Source of the DNA: Mizuhopecten yessoensis
Lineage: Eukaryota
DNA: 64,000 bases
Assembly (NCBI RefSeq): GCF_002113885.1
Contig: NW_018408917.1
Coordinates: 1,137,390 to 1,201,389 of the forward strand
Reading direction: 5' to 3'
Every line of letters begins with the position of its first letter. Position 1 is the first letter of the stretch. Position numbers and translations under genes: made by a program. A model generated the notes under the pieces. That model had not been told where the DNA came from. It did no database searches and saw nothing but the letters and a program-made list of their open reading frames with translations. Shown here one piece after another: positions 38,250 through 50,479 of this stretch.

Positions 38250-41200
38250 GGTCGTGTTTTACAACCGAGAAGACAACGAAGTACAAAATCAACAAATTAT
38301 CCAACAAACCCACCATCTGGACCAAATTTGACAGGCACAGATGTATATTAGTGAACTGTGATACCAAAATTCCGAAAATGTAGATTATTATCAGTCGGTA
38401 AGTCCGAAAACCAGCCCCAACATACCACCTTACCATGAGTAATGACGAACCTGGCAGCCGCCATCTTTATTTTACGACCAAATATAGTTTAAATGTACGA
38501 GAACAAATTAAGAAAATTCATGACAAAAAATCCCCACTCCCTACAGGAAAAAGCCCTCATCAGCCCGTCGTACTATCAGATAGTAAGGGGAAAAGGCTAC
38601 AAAATCTTGCCATAGATGAAACGGAAAAAATAATACAGTGGTGGTCAAACAGTTCAAAATTATCCTGGATCGAAGATCACCATACTTGAGATACCGATAT
38701 ACTCAAGCAGCAAATGGAACAAGCACAAAGGCCATGAAAACCCCGACCTATTCTCCAGCCAAGACAAAATCTTGTAGGACCAAATCTTCAATATCAATAA
38801 TAAAATCAGACAGCTAAACAGCAGCCTTGAAAGTCACTCCCCAACATTCTCATCAGACTTAGTGCTACATCTAAATACCGCAGTGGCAAAGACAGGAGAC
38901 TTAAGACCAGGACGTATTATAACTTCAACCTGTATGCAGATGGAGTCCACCCTGCTAACCTCCTAAGGAAAATCTGGCCACAGAAGATAACCGAGCAAAT
39001 AAAACAGGATTGTTGGGAAACCCATCTCCCATAGCATTGAACTTTTCACCACAGGGAAAGGTAGAAAGCAGGGTTGACAACAGTCAGCGTGGGCTCATCC
39101 GTGCTATACTGTACTAGTCAGTGTGGGCTACCGTGCTATACCAGCCATGTTGACCCTGACTTTTCTAACCCTTGTCCTTGCACTGGTAAATATATTCATG
39201 AAAACCAACTCGTGGGAACACCAACAACAGATGCACCAATGCCTAAATGGGAAACAACACAGCTCGGGCATACCTATAAGTTTACCCTACAAATGGACAA
39301 AGGGCTATGTATTCTCGCATTTCTACTCTCTGGAGATATCGAAACAAACCCTGGACCTAGAGGGAAACAAAACAGTATTTATCCATGTGGCCTATGTGAC
39401 CACCCAGTCACATGAAACTGCAAGGGAATATGCTGTGATCGATGTGATATATGGCACCACCAGTCGTGAATAGAACTCCGCACCCAAGACTACGAACTAT
39501 TGGAAAGATCCAACGAGCATTGGCTATGCTGTAAATGTGAACGAATTAATGTAACATCTTTTACCTTTCACAGCTATGAGAAAGACATGAGTAATGTTTA
39601 CGAATCACTTTCCATGCTGGATAGCAGTATGGAATCCATAAGATCTTGCGTATTTAGCCCAATTAAGAACAGCAGTCCTTAAGTAAGAACCAATACAACA
39701 AAAACAAACAGTAGAATACCAAGTAGCAAAAAGTCTCAAAAATCAACAGGAACAACCCATATGATACCCAAAAGAAAACAAACCTACGTATCATGACAGT
39801 CAATTGTAGAAGTATAAAAGATAAAGTTCAAGAACTAACAGCAGCCATAGAATACCTCAAGCCTGATGTTATTTGTGGGACAGATTCTGGTTAAAGGGAA
39901 TAAAGCCAGGCACAAACCCAACTGATGACGCCATCAAATCCACTGATGTTTTCCCACCAGGATATACCAGGCATACAGAAATGATAGAAGAACACTAGGA
40001 GGAGGTGTATTTATACTAGTCAACAAAAACATCATCTCCGAGGAAAAACCGGAATTCATAACAGACTGTGAGATAGAACAGGCTAAAATTAAAACAATCA
40101 AGAACAATGACATGCACATATCCAGCTTCTACATGCCATACAGAAACATGAAGGACCTACAGGAACTTGAAAAATCTTTGAAACAAACATCGAAACTAAA
40201 AGACAAAAACATCATACTGGCAGGGACTATAACTGCCCAGATATAAACTGGGAAAATTCAACAGCAAAACACGGCAGAGAGACGAATATACAACAGCGAC
40301 TTGTAGAGATAACAACTAATGCGGGCCTAACACAAATACACAACCAACCCACTAGAGAAGATAACATACTAGATCTCGTCTTCACAACAAACCCATCCCT
40401 CATAAAAACATCCATAAGTGTACCAGGAATATCAGACCACAACATCGTCATAACAGATACGGAAACACGGCCTTATTACTAACCGACACCAGCTAGAAAG
40501 TGCTACATTTACTGTAGAGATGATTGGACCAAATTAAATAATGCCTTAGACAAGCTGGCAAGCTCCATCAAGGAAATGCACGAGAAAAGCATGAGCATTC
40601 AAGACCTGTGGAACACCTTCAAAGCCAAATTACAAGAACACATGGATGACTGCATTCCCTCAAGAGAAACAAAGACAAAATACCCAGTACCGTGGATAAG
40701 ACACAAAGAAAGGAAAATACTAAAGAAAAAGGCTAGACTTTAAAAACAGGCCAAAAATCAAAACAATTGACAAATTACAGGCATTTCCAAAAGGACTGCA
40801 AACGTCACCTTAGGCAAGCCGAATGGAATTATGTCAACAATAACATTCTAGAGGGCCTTTCCAAAAACAATACTAAACCATTCTGGAAGTACGTGAAGTC
40901 AAAGAAACAGGACTCCTTTGGAATAGCGCCACTAAAATCAGGAAACAAGCTAATCAGCTAAACAAGATAAACCAATACAAATCAGTATTCACAAAAGAAG
41001 AACCTGGCCCACAACCATCAACTAGTAAAACTGCAAAACACGAGATTCCACCACGGAAAATTTATATGGAGGGAGTGAAGAAACTGCTCAATAAAGTAAA
41101 CCCAAACAAAGCATCGGGACCGGACAACGTACCAAACAAAATACTGAAGGAGTGTGCAAACCATCTAGAACCAAGTCTCACAAGCATCTTCCAACTATCT

Positions 41201-42476
41201 GTAGACACTGGCCAACTACCAAAGGATTGGGGAGACGCAAATGCCACAAGCGTCTACATGAAAGGGGACAAACACCAAGCCGAAAACTATAGACCGGTCT
41301 CACTAGCATCAGTGTCCAGCAAACTATTAGAGCACATCATATGCAGACACATACTAAAATACCTAGAGAGAAATGAGATACTCACATCATTAAACCACGC
41401 TAAATGACTTCGTCAAAGAATACGAACAAGGCAACCAAATTGATATAGCCATCTTAGACTTCTCCAAGGCCTTTGACACCAAACTACTAAACAAACTGCA
41501 TCAATATGGAGTCAAAAACAACATACAAAAATGACTCACCAACTTCCTTACGCAAAGAACAATGAGGACGATCGTAGAAGGAATGAAATCGGAAGAAGTG
41601 AAAGTGGACTCCGGAGACCACCAGGGCAGTGCTCGGACCCCTCATGTTCCTCTGCCAACGATCAACGATCTACCGGACTCCGTAACATCTAAAGTTCGAC
41701 TTTTCGCCAACGACTGCCATTCTTTACCGCACCATCAAAACTTTTGAAGACCACACACTCCTACAAAAAGACCTACATCTAGAAAACCTGGAGGAATGGG
41801 CCAAAAGATGGGGAATGCGTTTCAATGCCAAAAAAATGCTTTATAATGAGCATGGGCAAGAAAACATCAAAATTCAACATCAACACCCTCAACAACCACA
41901 TATTTGAGGAAGTACAAGACAAACCCTATCTTGGTTTACAAATATCATCAGACCTAAAATGGACCACACACATAAGCAAAGTAGCCAAGAAATCACAATC
42001 AACTCTGGTCTTCCTTCGCAGGAATCTTAAACACTGCACCTAGGAATGTAGGAAAACAGCATATACATGTTTCATCAAACAAGACTACAAGACCAGAGAG
42101 ACAGGATGCATAAATAAGATGGCACAATATCTTGAGCTGCAGACACTATAATGCAGAAGGAAAAGCCTCCGTCTACTGCTCTTATATAAGGGGGTTGAGG
42201 GGTTGGTCCCTGAAGATTTTTTGATCAAATCAACAAACAGAAGACAAATCAGAGCAAAGAAGTTCAGTGGCTGCGTCACGAACATTATCGTAACAAAACA
42301 TGTTAAAAACAACTCGAAATGTTTTGAAATCCCGCAAGCCTAAACAGACCAATACAAGAACTCATACTTTGTGAGAACTAGCCATGGCATAGACTGGAGC
42401 CAACTGGATGAGCATACACTCAGCGCAAAATCAGTCGAGGCATTCAATTCCGCACTCGACAAAATAAGCCATTAAG
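38250..42476 (+). mobile_element. Near full-length decayed CR1/L2-group LINE: ORF1 remnant (SGNH-esterase-like) and ORF2 (2A motif, PHD, AP endonuclease, RT)
   Basis: VVLSDSKG..ADGVHP; LLSGDIETNPGP; CGLC..CCDRCDIWHH..WLCCKC; GGGVFILV, AGDYNCP, LDLVFTT, SDHNIV; KASGPDNVP, NYRPVSL, LDFSKAFD, RLFANDC; many stops and frameshifts. Confidence 0.92.
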
Positions 42477-43271
42477 ATCCGGCAGCCCCATGAAAAAGAA
42501 CGAAATTTTACCCCAACGAAAATATATTCTTTTCTTCAGTACATAAATGATTGAGGTTGTTATTGTATACGAACGAAACTGTAATAGGAAATCGCTCATG
42601 TGTAAATGTTGCAAAATAGGTCAGACGGATCTGATATATTTACTGTTCCCAATTTTGAAGTGTTCATTTTGTTGATTGACAACGTAACCAGCTTGCCTAA
42701 CAGAAAAATACGATGGAACATTGTCAATCCAGGAAAGGTTAGTTATTTACAGTTGCTGAACATTTTTTATTTAGATCGTACATACATGGTCTAACTTGTG
42801 CCTGTGTAATGCATAGGTGATGTTACTGTATAAGCGATAATGTACCAATTACATACACAAGTATAAAAAAGGCTAGAAAACGTTTCTGTGGAAGAGATGT
42901 CGTGTCTGTAGATCCAACAACTAAGCATTACAATAAGCATCGAAAACATGTATCATACTTCAGTTCGTGGCATTTAAGGATCAAGAGAAAACTTATTCTA
43001 GACAATTTCTCCTAGAACTTTTTTGTATGATGTCCAATTCACGCTGAACAACAAGACATAGGTTTTGTCGACTGTTTCAAGAAGAAAAAAAATGCACAAG
43101 ATACGATAAATACATTTGTTAAAAACGAAAGATGTATTGGCTAAAGAAAATGCGTCGTGCAACTGTCCAAAGGTAGGGTCAACGCCAATGGAGATTTAAC
43201 ATTAGCGTCGGCCCCGGCTTGGATTTTCAAAACAAGATAAATCCAAAAAGGTAAGTATATAGGACGCTTAA

Positions 43272-45182
43272 AGGGGCATCACGGTGAAGTAACTTTATTT
43301 TTTTGTCTTTTTTTTTCAAATACTACATAAACATATCAAGTGATACTCCTTATGGAAAATAACGATCGGATTTCGCTGAAATAGATTCATAAAAATGATT
43401 AAATCTAAGAAAATCGTCGGTATTTCTACCTGTCTGACAAACGTTTTGTTCAGGGATTTCCCTCTACTAGCGCATGCATATAGCACACCATTTCTTTGTA
43501 AACAAAATGACTGGCCGTGTGAAGTAAGCGAAGGAAAAGTGTTGTACCGTGTCAGCTACGAAACGAAACGAAACCCGGCCTCATCTGCCCCGGCAATATA
43601 TAAAAAAAGGTTTGTCCCATGGTTGAGGGAAGGTGTTTAGCCCCGTACCATCTGTACCTGTCACATTCTGGTACTAAATTCAATATATATTTATAAATAT
43701 CTAATTTATGTGTATGCCTATTATCATTGTTGACATTTAATTGTAAATGTATGATGGGAGAAGGCTGTGATAAACTGTAACAAGAGGCCCATGGGCCTTA
43801 ACGGTCACCTGATATATTTATACAGAGAGTTGATTTTGTTTTTAACACTAACAGAAATATTATTTAGTGACAAAAACAATAAAACCACCTTATTCAATAT
43901 CTAGCATACAGATTTAAGACTAAAAAGTATTTGAAACTAGCACCTCTGATTCTAAACAAGGAAAATGAAGAAATTTTAGCACACTGATTCCTTTGGGCCC
44001 CACCCTACAGCCCTTGGGGGTTTGGCTGCCTCAATATTTTCAAAGTATCAAACTGTCAACTCGGGGTTATAATTCCAATCAAGTTATTAACATGTAATAT
44101 TCAAAGTATCATTTGCCATTATAAACCATAATAAATTTTGCACCTTAAGACCTTTCCATCTATGAAGAGTATTTGATTCTATCATATCTGGTTCTTGAGA
44201 AGAAGATTTTTGGCCCCTCCCATCAGCCCCGGGGGGTCAGTCAGGCAGGGCTCATATGTGCATACCATCAAACTGCTACCCAATACTGATAATGATAACC
44301 CAAATTGAATTATTTCCAATGGAAATTAAACAAATGTTAGTCCAAAATGTGATTTCCCTATATAAACTATAGTAAAGTTTACCCCTCCCTAGGGATAAAC
44401 ATGAGACCCCAGGATCATGAAATTCACAATTTTGGTAGAGCACCTTAAGACCCTTCTATAAAGAGTATTTGATTCTACCATATCTTGAAAGATATTTGAA
44501 ATTTTAGTCAATTCGACCCTTTTTGGCCCCGCCCCTCAGGCTCCTGGGGGCCGGGAACCAAACCGGCAGCCATTTTTGTTGACTTTTGGCCATGGAAGAT
44601 TTCTGCAAAATTTCATTGAAATTGGTTCAGGGGTTTTGGAGAAGAAGTCGAAAATGTAAATTGTTTACGGACGCACGACTGACGACGACTTACGACGACG
44701 GACAAAAGGCGATCGCAGAATATGGATTGAGACTTTTTATCAGGTGACCTAAAAACTTTTGCCCCCATCCCTTGTTCAATTTTATTGGCAACAAATATGT
44801 TAAATGCATTTAAATTCTGACTATTGGCAAGCGTGCAATTAACTTCTTATGATGAATAATTACTGTTCAATAAGTTTGAATATGGACTCAGAAATCATAT
44901 TACTTGGTTTCATAGCGCGGTAAGAAGTTGCAGTTGTCTGACTGCCCCTCTCTGGGGGCCCCTCTGGAAACCGTTTCATCTCGCTCAGCCCACTTGTGTT
45001 TACTGCCGAGTCAGGTGACCTTATTGACGCTATTTTTAGCAGGGCTTTCCCGAACAATTCAAGTGGTCAAACTGGACATTTGGAACGGACTATGAATATG
45101 GGAATAGCGAGGTAACATAAGTGGACGTGCATACAATATATACATTCATTAAAAAAAATATGGCTCTTCACGTGATGTCCCT
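43272..45182. mobile_element. Non-autonomous Kolobok-type element carrying a nested HINE
   Basis: TTAA|AGGGGCATCACG ... CGTGATGTCCCT|TTAA; arms colinear with 13059-14561. Confidence 0.87.
43779..44752 (-). mobile_element. Helentron-type HINE inserted in the Kolobok element
   Basis: AACAAGAGGCCCATGGGCCTTAACGGTCACCTG ... (GACG)n ... CAGGTGACCTAAAAA; absent at the homologous site (~14122) of the other Kolobok copy. Confidence 0.88.
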
Positions 45183-45186
45183 TTAA

Positions 45187-48100
45187 TAGTTGAGCCGAAT
45201 AGTAAAAAAAAACTTTCATTAAATGATGCAAGCATAAGATTTGGTACATACACTCTTTAAACACTACTTAACCCAAAAAACCCGTTAGCCATTTAAAATT
45301 CAAAAATGGCGGCCACTTTTATCAAGATGGCCGCCATAATGGAGTTTTTTGATAAAATCTCCTTACCTTTTTAGGTAAAGAAACGAAACTAACCGTACTG
45401 TTTCATCTCAAAGTAGATTTTATAGCTATTTCATGATATTTAACATAAAAGACAACAAACACAATACGGGTTAGTAGAGTGCTTGAACATTATATGTATT
45501 TTCTGGTGCTTATACGGATACATGCAACAATGGACATGTATGTTTGTATTTACATGCATGTGCACGTATGTAAGTGCATGCATACTTGCTGATGTTAGTG
45601 TGTATGTTCGTGCATGTGTATGCATGTATGTATATACGTATGTAGGTCGTAGAAGTGTATGTTATGTACGTATGTATATGTGTATGTATATATGTGTGTA
45701 TAAGTGTTTTATTTATGTTTAGTGATTATGATACTGATGTATATGTTAACACGTCTGGATGTGTGTGCTTTGTGTGAAATGCGGTAGTATGTTCTTGTTC
45801 TGTAGATGTCAAATCCTCTTATGTACAAATGTTTTATTTCCCAATCAAATTTCTGAATGTTATATAGATGAAAAAAATGTTATGAAATTGAAATATTTGA
45901 ATTTAGATAAAATTAGCTGAGAAAAATGAACGAGAGCCCTCCTGTGTGAGGACACCATATTGTTTAGGGGACTGACTCCAGGGCTCCCCAACCCTGGCAG
46001 TTCCTATCAATTTATTTATATATATCTGTATATACTTATCAGTATTATATATATATATATAATATTTGGCTGTGGGAAATACAATATCTGAAAAAAACAC
46101 GGAAAAAAACCACACACACAAAAAGACCATATAAGGTTTTATTAAGCCTTCCTTTTGCAAAATTAAAATCATAATGTGAGCTCCTGTCACTTATCTAATA
46201 TTAACATAGTATCTAAGTGTCATAACTGCAACACAGCTGTATATCTATGTTTCACAGTTACAACTCCACAATGCCGTGCAAGGTAGACTTAATCTGAAAC
46301 ATTTGCACCGACCACAACATTCCGTCTTGCGTCCACATTTTGTCAGTTGTTGACAACTCTGGACATTCAGTTTCCATGTTGGATATGATAGACTGACCCC
46401 AGGTGCAACCTGCTTGGTAGGCAGTTCGTCTGGTATGCTCGATTAGAGCTCCACGTGTTGGAGGGATTGACTCATAGGATCTTTGATTTCGAGCAAAGAG
46501 ATCAAGTCTTGCATGGTTGATATTTGCAGTAGGGCTTGATTTGTCATACATAGCAATGACATACATTTGCAATGCGGGAAGAACAAAAGATGTTTCGATA
46601 GTTGGTAGTTCTGGTATCTTGTTAGCTGTGCTGTCAATTAGATTCCTCTCTCGTATTTGGCCTTGATTTACTGATGTTGGGTGTTGGAACAATGAAATAC
46701 TGGTGCCATGAAAAGATGTTGTTACGGTAGTTGCATATGGATAATGGTCAATGTTGTCCATTGCAGCAGTAAAAAAAGTCTTTCCTTAGATCAGATGGAC
46801 ACACAACACCCTCGTTCTTGTATCTATTCACAGCTGCATCCCCAATTGAGCAGACACGTCAAGAACCCTGTCAAAAGAAATACTTAGACCATGTTCGTGC
46901 AGCATTTGTGGACATGCCAATGAACACTGGAAATGGGGTTTCTCGATCTTTGGAATGTCTAAAGGTTTTAGCTCCCTCCTTGTATTTTGCATAGCAATTG
47001 TACTAGAGCAACTGCGCCATGGCCAAAACAGTCTTGGCCGCACCAAACCGTAACTGCGATTTTATGACAGCCCCGTGCTCAATCATACAAACAAATTGAA
47101 GAAGAATAGAGGGCACGGTATCTTCTATGCAACTATCACGGAACGTTCCATTGAATGCAGCCTTGTGCATGGTCATATGCCTTCGTAAGATTTCAGCTGC
47201 TTTGGTAAAAATGAGAGCCTCCGAATAGTCAATTGACTGTGACAGGGCTTCACCAATATCCTGCTTAAATGCCAACACAATATCTCTTCCCTTCTTGTGG
47301 GCCCCCAAATCAGTTATTTCTGCAAGTAACTTGTCCTTTAATCTTGTAGAATTAACATTTCGTGTTTCTACTCAGAATTCTACAGGCCCATCCGCATTTG
47401 TTTTTGTCTTGACTACGTAAACAAGAAGCTCAGAAAACACTATTGGGATGACTTCTCTTTCTTTTGAAGAATGAAAGTCCTGGTTTTCTGTACTTGCCAA
47501 GCATGCCCTCTCTCTATTCAAGCAACAGCGGTGATACTTCAGTTCTGGTGCAACAATATCACCGCCACTTAGTATTGCTAAAAGTTACCCGTCATTCAGG
47601 TTTCTAGCACATTCGTTTAATCTTTTATCAAGATCCATTGTCATGGCAATCCTTAGCTCAGATTGTTGTGCCTCTTGTTCGCAAAGGAAACACACGATTC
47701 TCAAGGCTTGTTCGTCTACTTTTAGCTGGTATTGGACCCTCGTTTAAATCCTTTGAATTGGCAGATCTTTTCATCGCTCTCTCAAGTTTACTGTTATTAA
47801 ACAAAAGCCTGCAACTTTGATGGTATTTTGCTGTTTTCTCTAAGTGTTTCCTCTAAGCCCTCGCCATGATCCAATCTACCAGGGTCCATAATGATTGGCA
47901 TTTGATTGATGGTTTTAAAGAAAGGGACATTTCTAGCTATCATAGCATACCCATCGCCATCCTTGTTTCTGTCGTAGCGAGATGGTGGACATTTCAATTC
48001 TTCATCTTTCTGTTTGACAGAGACGACATCTATTCCAGTCAGTCTCCAAAGTAGACGCCAAAGGTGTTGCTGTTAACGTACTCATCCTACTAATTTAGTA

Positions 48101-48836
48101 AACTAGTGTATGATTAATATAACCGACAAAATTCAAGGCCGAGGGTTTATCCTTTTACCGCCTTAAATTGTCAAAAAGCACTTTGTAGTATGGGATACAA
48201 CTAGGTTCAAACTATAATACTATCCTACATCTAGTCCGATCATTCATCCAGTGACAATTAAAACCCGTGCGATCTGTACACCGTCCGGGTAACATATGGC
48301 TCGTTACCCTTGGCTCGGCTTTCCCACGCTGTCACATCCTGTCAATTCAGGCGCGGCTACCGTACTCATGTAACATTATGTTTAATACTAAAATAATGTG
48401 TCAGGGGCTAGCACGGTAGCATTTTGGACACTTAGCTATAGTTAAATAATTGAGCTGTCACTGAACCACATGCCGAGTTTCACAGCAGTGATGTCACCAG
48501 TGTGCCCTGGTTGTGCGTTGACATTCACTCTATTATTTTGACAAAACCGTAATTCAAGTTTCTAAACAGTTTAAAAAGCACGTTAGTATAGTTTTACCGT
48601 GATTCAAGATGCAAACAAAACACATTCCAACCAGTAGAGCCAAAACAAAATTATTCAGAACAAAAAGCATAATTATATCAACCCCATGGCCGCCATCTTC
48701 GAAAATGGCCGCCATTTTATTTTTCGTGTGGCTAACGTGTTATATTGAATGAAGAATACTTCAATGGTGCACTTGCCAAATTTGGTGCTTGCATCATAAA
48801 TTGAAAGATTTTTTGATACATCGGCATAATCTGCTG
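45187..48836 (-). mobile_element. Decayed, internally deleted large DNA transposon, Academ(X)-like, with ~150-bp imperfect TIRs
   Basis: TIRs ..CTTTCATTAAATGATGCAAGCA..TTTGG..GTTAGCCA..AAAATGGCGGCCA..AAGATGGCCGCCAT versus the reverse complement at 48685-48830; minus-strand remnants AKYHQSC, ELKYHRCC, NSTRLKDKLL, GLSISFDRV, MDNIDH..SFHGTSISLFQHP, IPPTRGALIEHTRRTAYQAG and a Cys-rich C-terminus. The superfamily name is from recall. Confidence 0.7.
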
Positions 48837-50479
48837 GAATTTAAATCAGGAACGGTTAGTTTCAGAATTCATTTTATGATAAATGGGACCTCATTGACTT
48901 ACACCTGTGTGGGCGTTAAAGGTGCGGTAATACAATTCCTCCTAGAGCATTTAAATGACAAAATTACTATAAAAATATATCATCACTGTGTGCAACATAT
49001 TCCAACTGTTATTTTGATACCAACTATAACACTATTTAAAGAAAGAATTATTCTTTTTATTGAAGATTTAAGCAGAAAAATATGTGAAATTTCATTACTA
49101 AAGAGAAAATTTCCATTTTTGACACGTTAATTATATGAAGTTCTAAAAAATTCTTATAACTGATAGGTAAGCTGTTACCAGCTCCTCAGGACTCTGGTAT
49201 ATATATTCCTGTATTAGCGTTGTCGATTAATTTATTATTATCACTATTTCAATAGAGATTCCATAAACAGTGTAAAATTTAACTATAATCAATTTGTGTC
49301 TTATGATTTTTGTCCGTATTTTACACTAATGGCCATAACAGATAGTGAATTACTCTCTTAACATCAAAATTAAATTTGGTTATGATATTCTTGCATGTTG
49401 AATTGCTTTATATCTTGCTATGTACTGTTACACTGTTAATTCTGTATCAAAACCTGTAAGTTGGTTGTTATCGGCTATTCTAGCATCATTGTATCCTGAA
49501 TGTAGTAATACCTATTTGATTTTTCTCTTGAGCAGAGTCGATTTATTTATTATCATTACCACTACTATTATTTGTGTTATTATTGCTAATTATTTTTAAA
49601 ATTTGATATTACATAAATTCTGCGTGCTATAAAATTGCCATGTATTGCTACACTGCAAACCTATACCTAAGTTGTATACCGGATTCTCCGGAATCCGTTC
49701 AATATAATCTTGTATGTAGTAGTACCCATGTTTTCTCTCAAAGTGTGCAACTATCATGGTCATCACTATGAGTCTATTTTGTATATTTTTTACACTAATT
49801 GGTTGTAGCAGATACCAGTGGAATTACTCTACTAAATAATGTAGGCCTAGTGATAATGTTCACGTTACTTTGATTTGTGCCTTAGCATTGTGTAAGTTAA
49901 ATTGTGATCACTAACGCAAGCATGTATGAACGTGTGTGTGTGAGGGTGTGGGTGTGTGCGTGTGCTCGTTACTAGTTGTATTTTCAGTTCCAGTACCGGT
50001 CACAAAATATCAACAATTACCTGGTCTTTTCCCACTCTATTCAAATTTGGTTCTGATGAACGTACTTCAACTCCTCATAGTCAACTTATTTATATCCGTT
50101 TCCTCCTCTGCCCGACCCCCTCCCCTGTTGTCAGTGTGCCTCTGACTACATCTATTATCATGATCACGACACTCACTTACTTCCTTGCCCAGTCTGGTAT
50201 TATATTATGCCTATTGATGTTTCTCTCTATCGTGTTCGAATTGGTGTCTTCAACAACTATATTATATACAGTCCGCAAATTTCGCCCTATACGTAACCGT
50301 TCCCGACATGTTATGTATTGCATACTCTTACTTTTGTTATACGTTATTACGTCTTATTTGCATAATATTAGTACATCGATATCACTCAGAGAGTGGTGCC
50401 GTAGCAGCTCATGCTACCACTTCCCATCCTTTTTAACAGAATTACTTACTTTTATATCAATACATTATGCATTGATCAG

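Noticed and set aside
43140-43256. Coding exon ending at the strong donor AAG|GTAAGT (43250)
   Set aside because: All three frames contain stops before the donor; at most a non-coding exon
45440-45722. His/Cys/Tyr-rich ORFs on both strands
   Set aside because: Translation of (TGTA)n-type low-complexity sequence inside the Academ-like element
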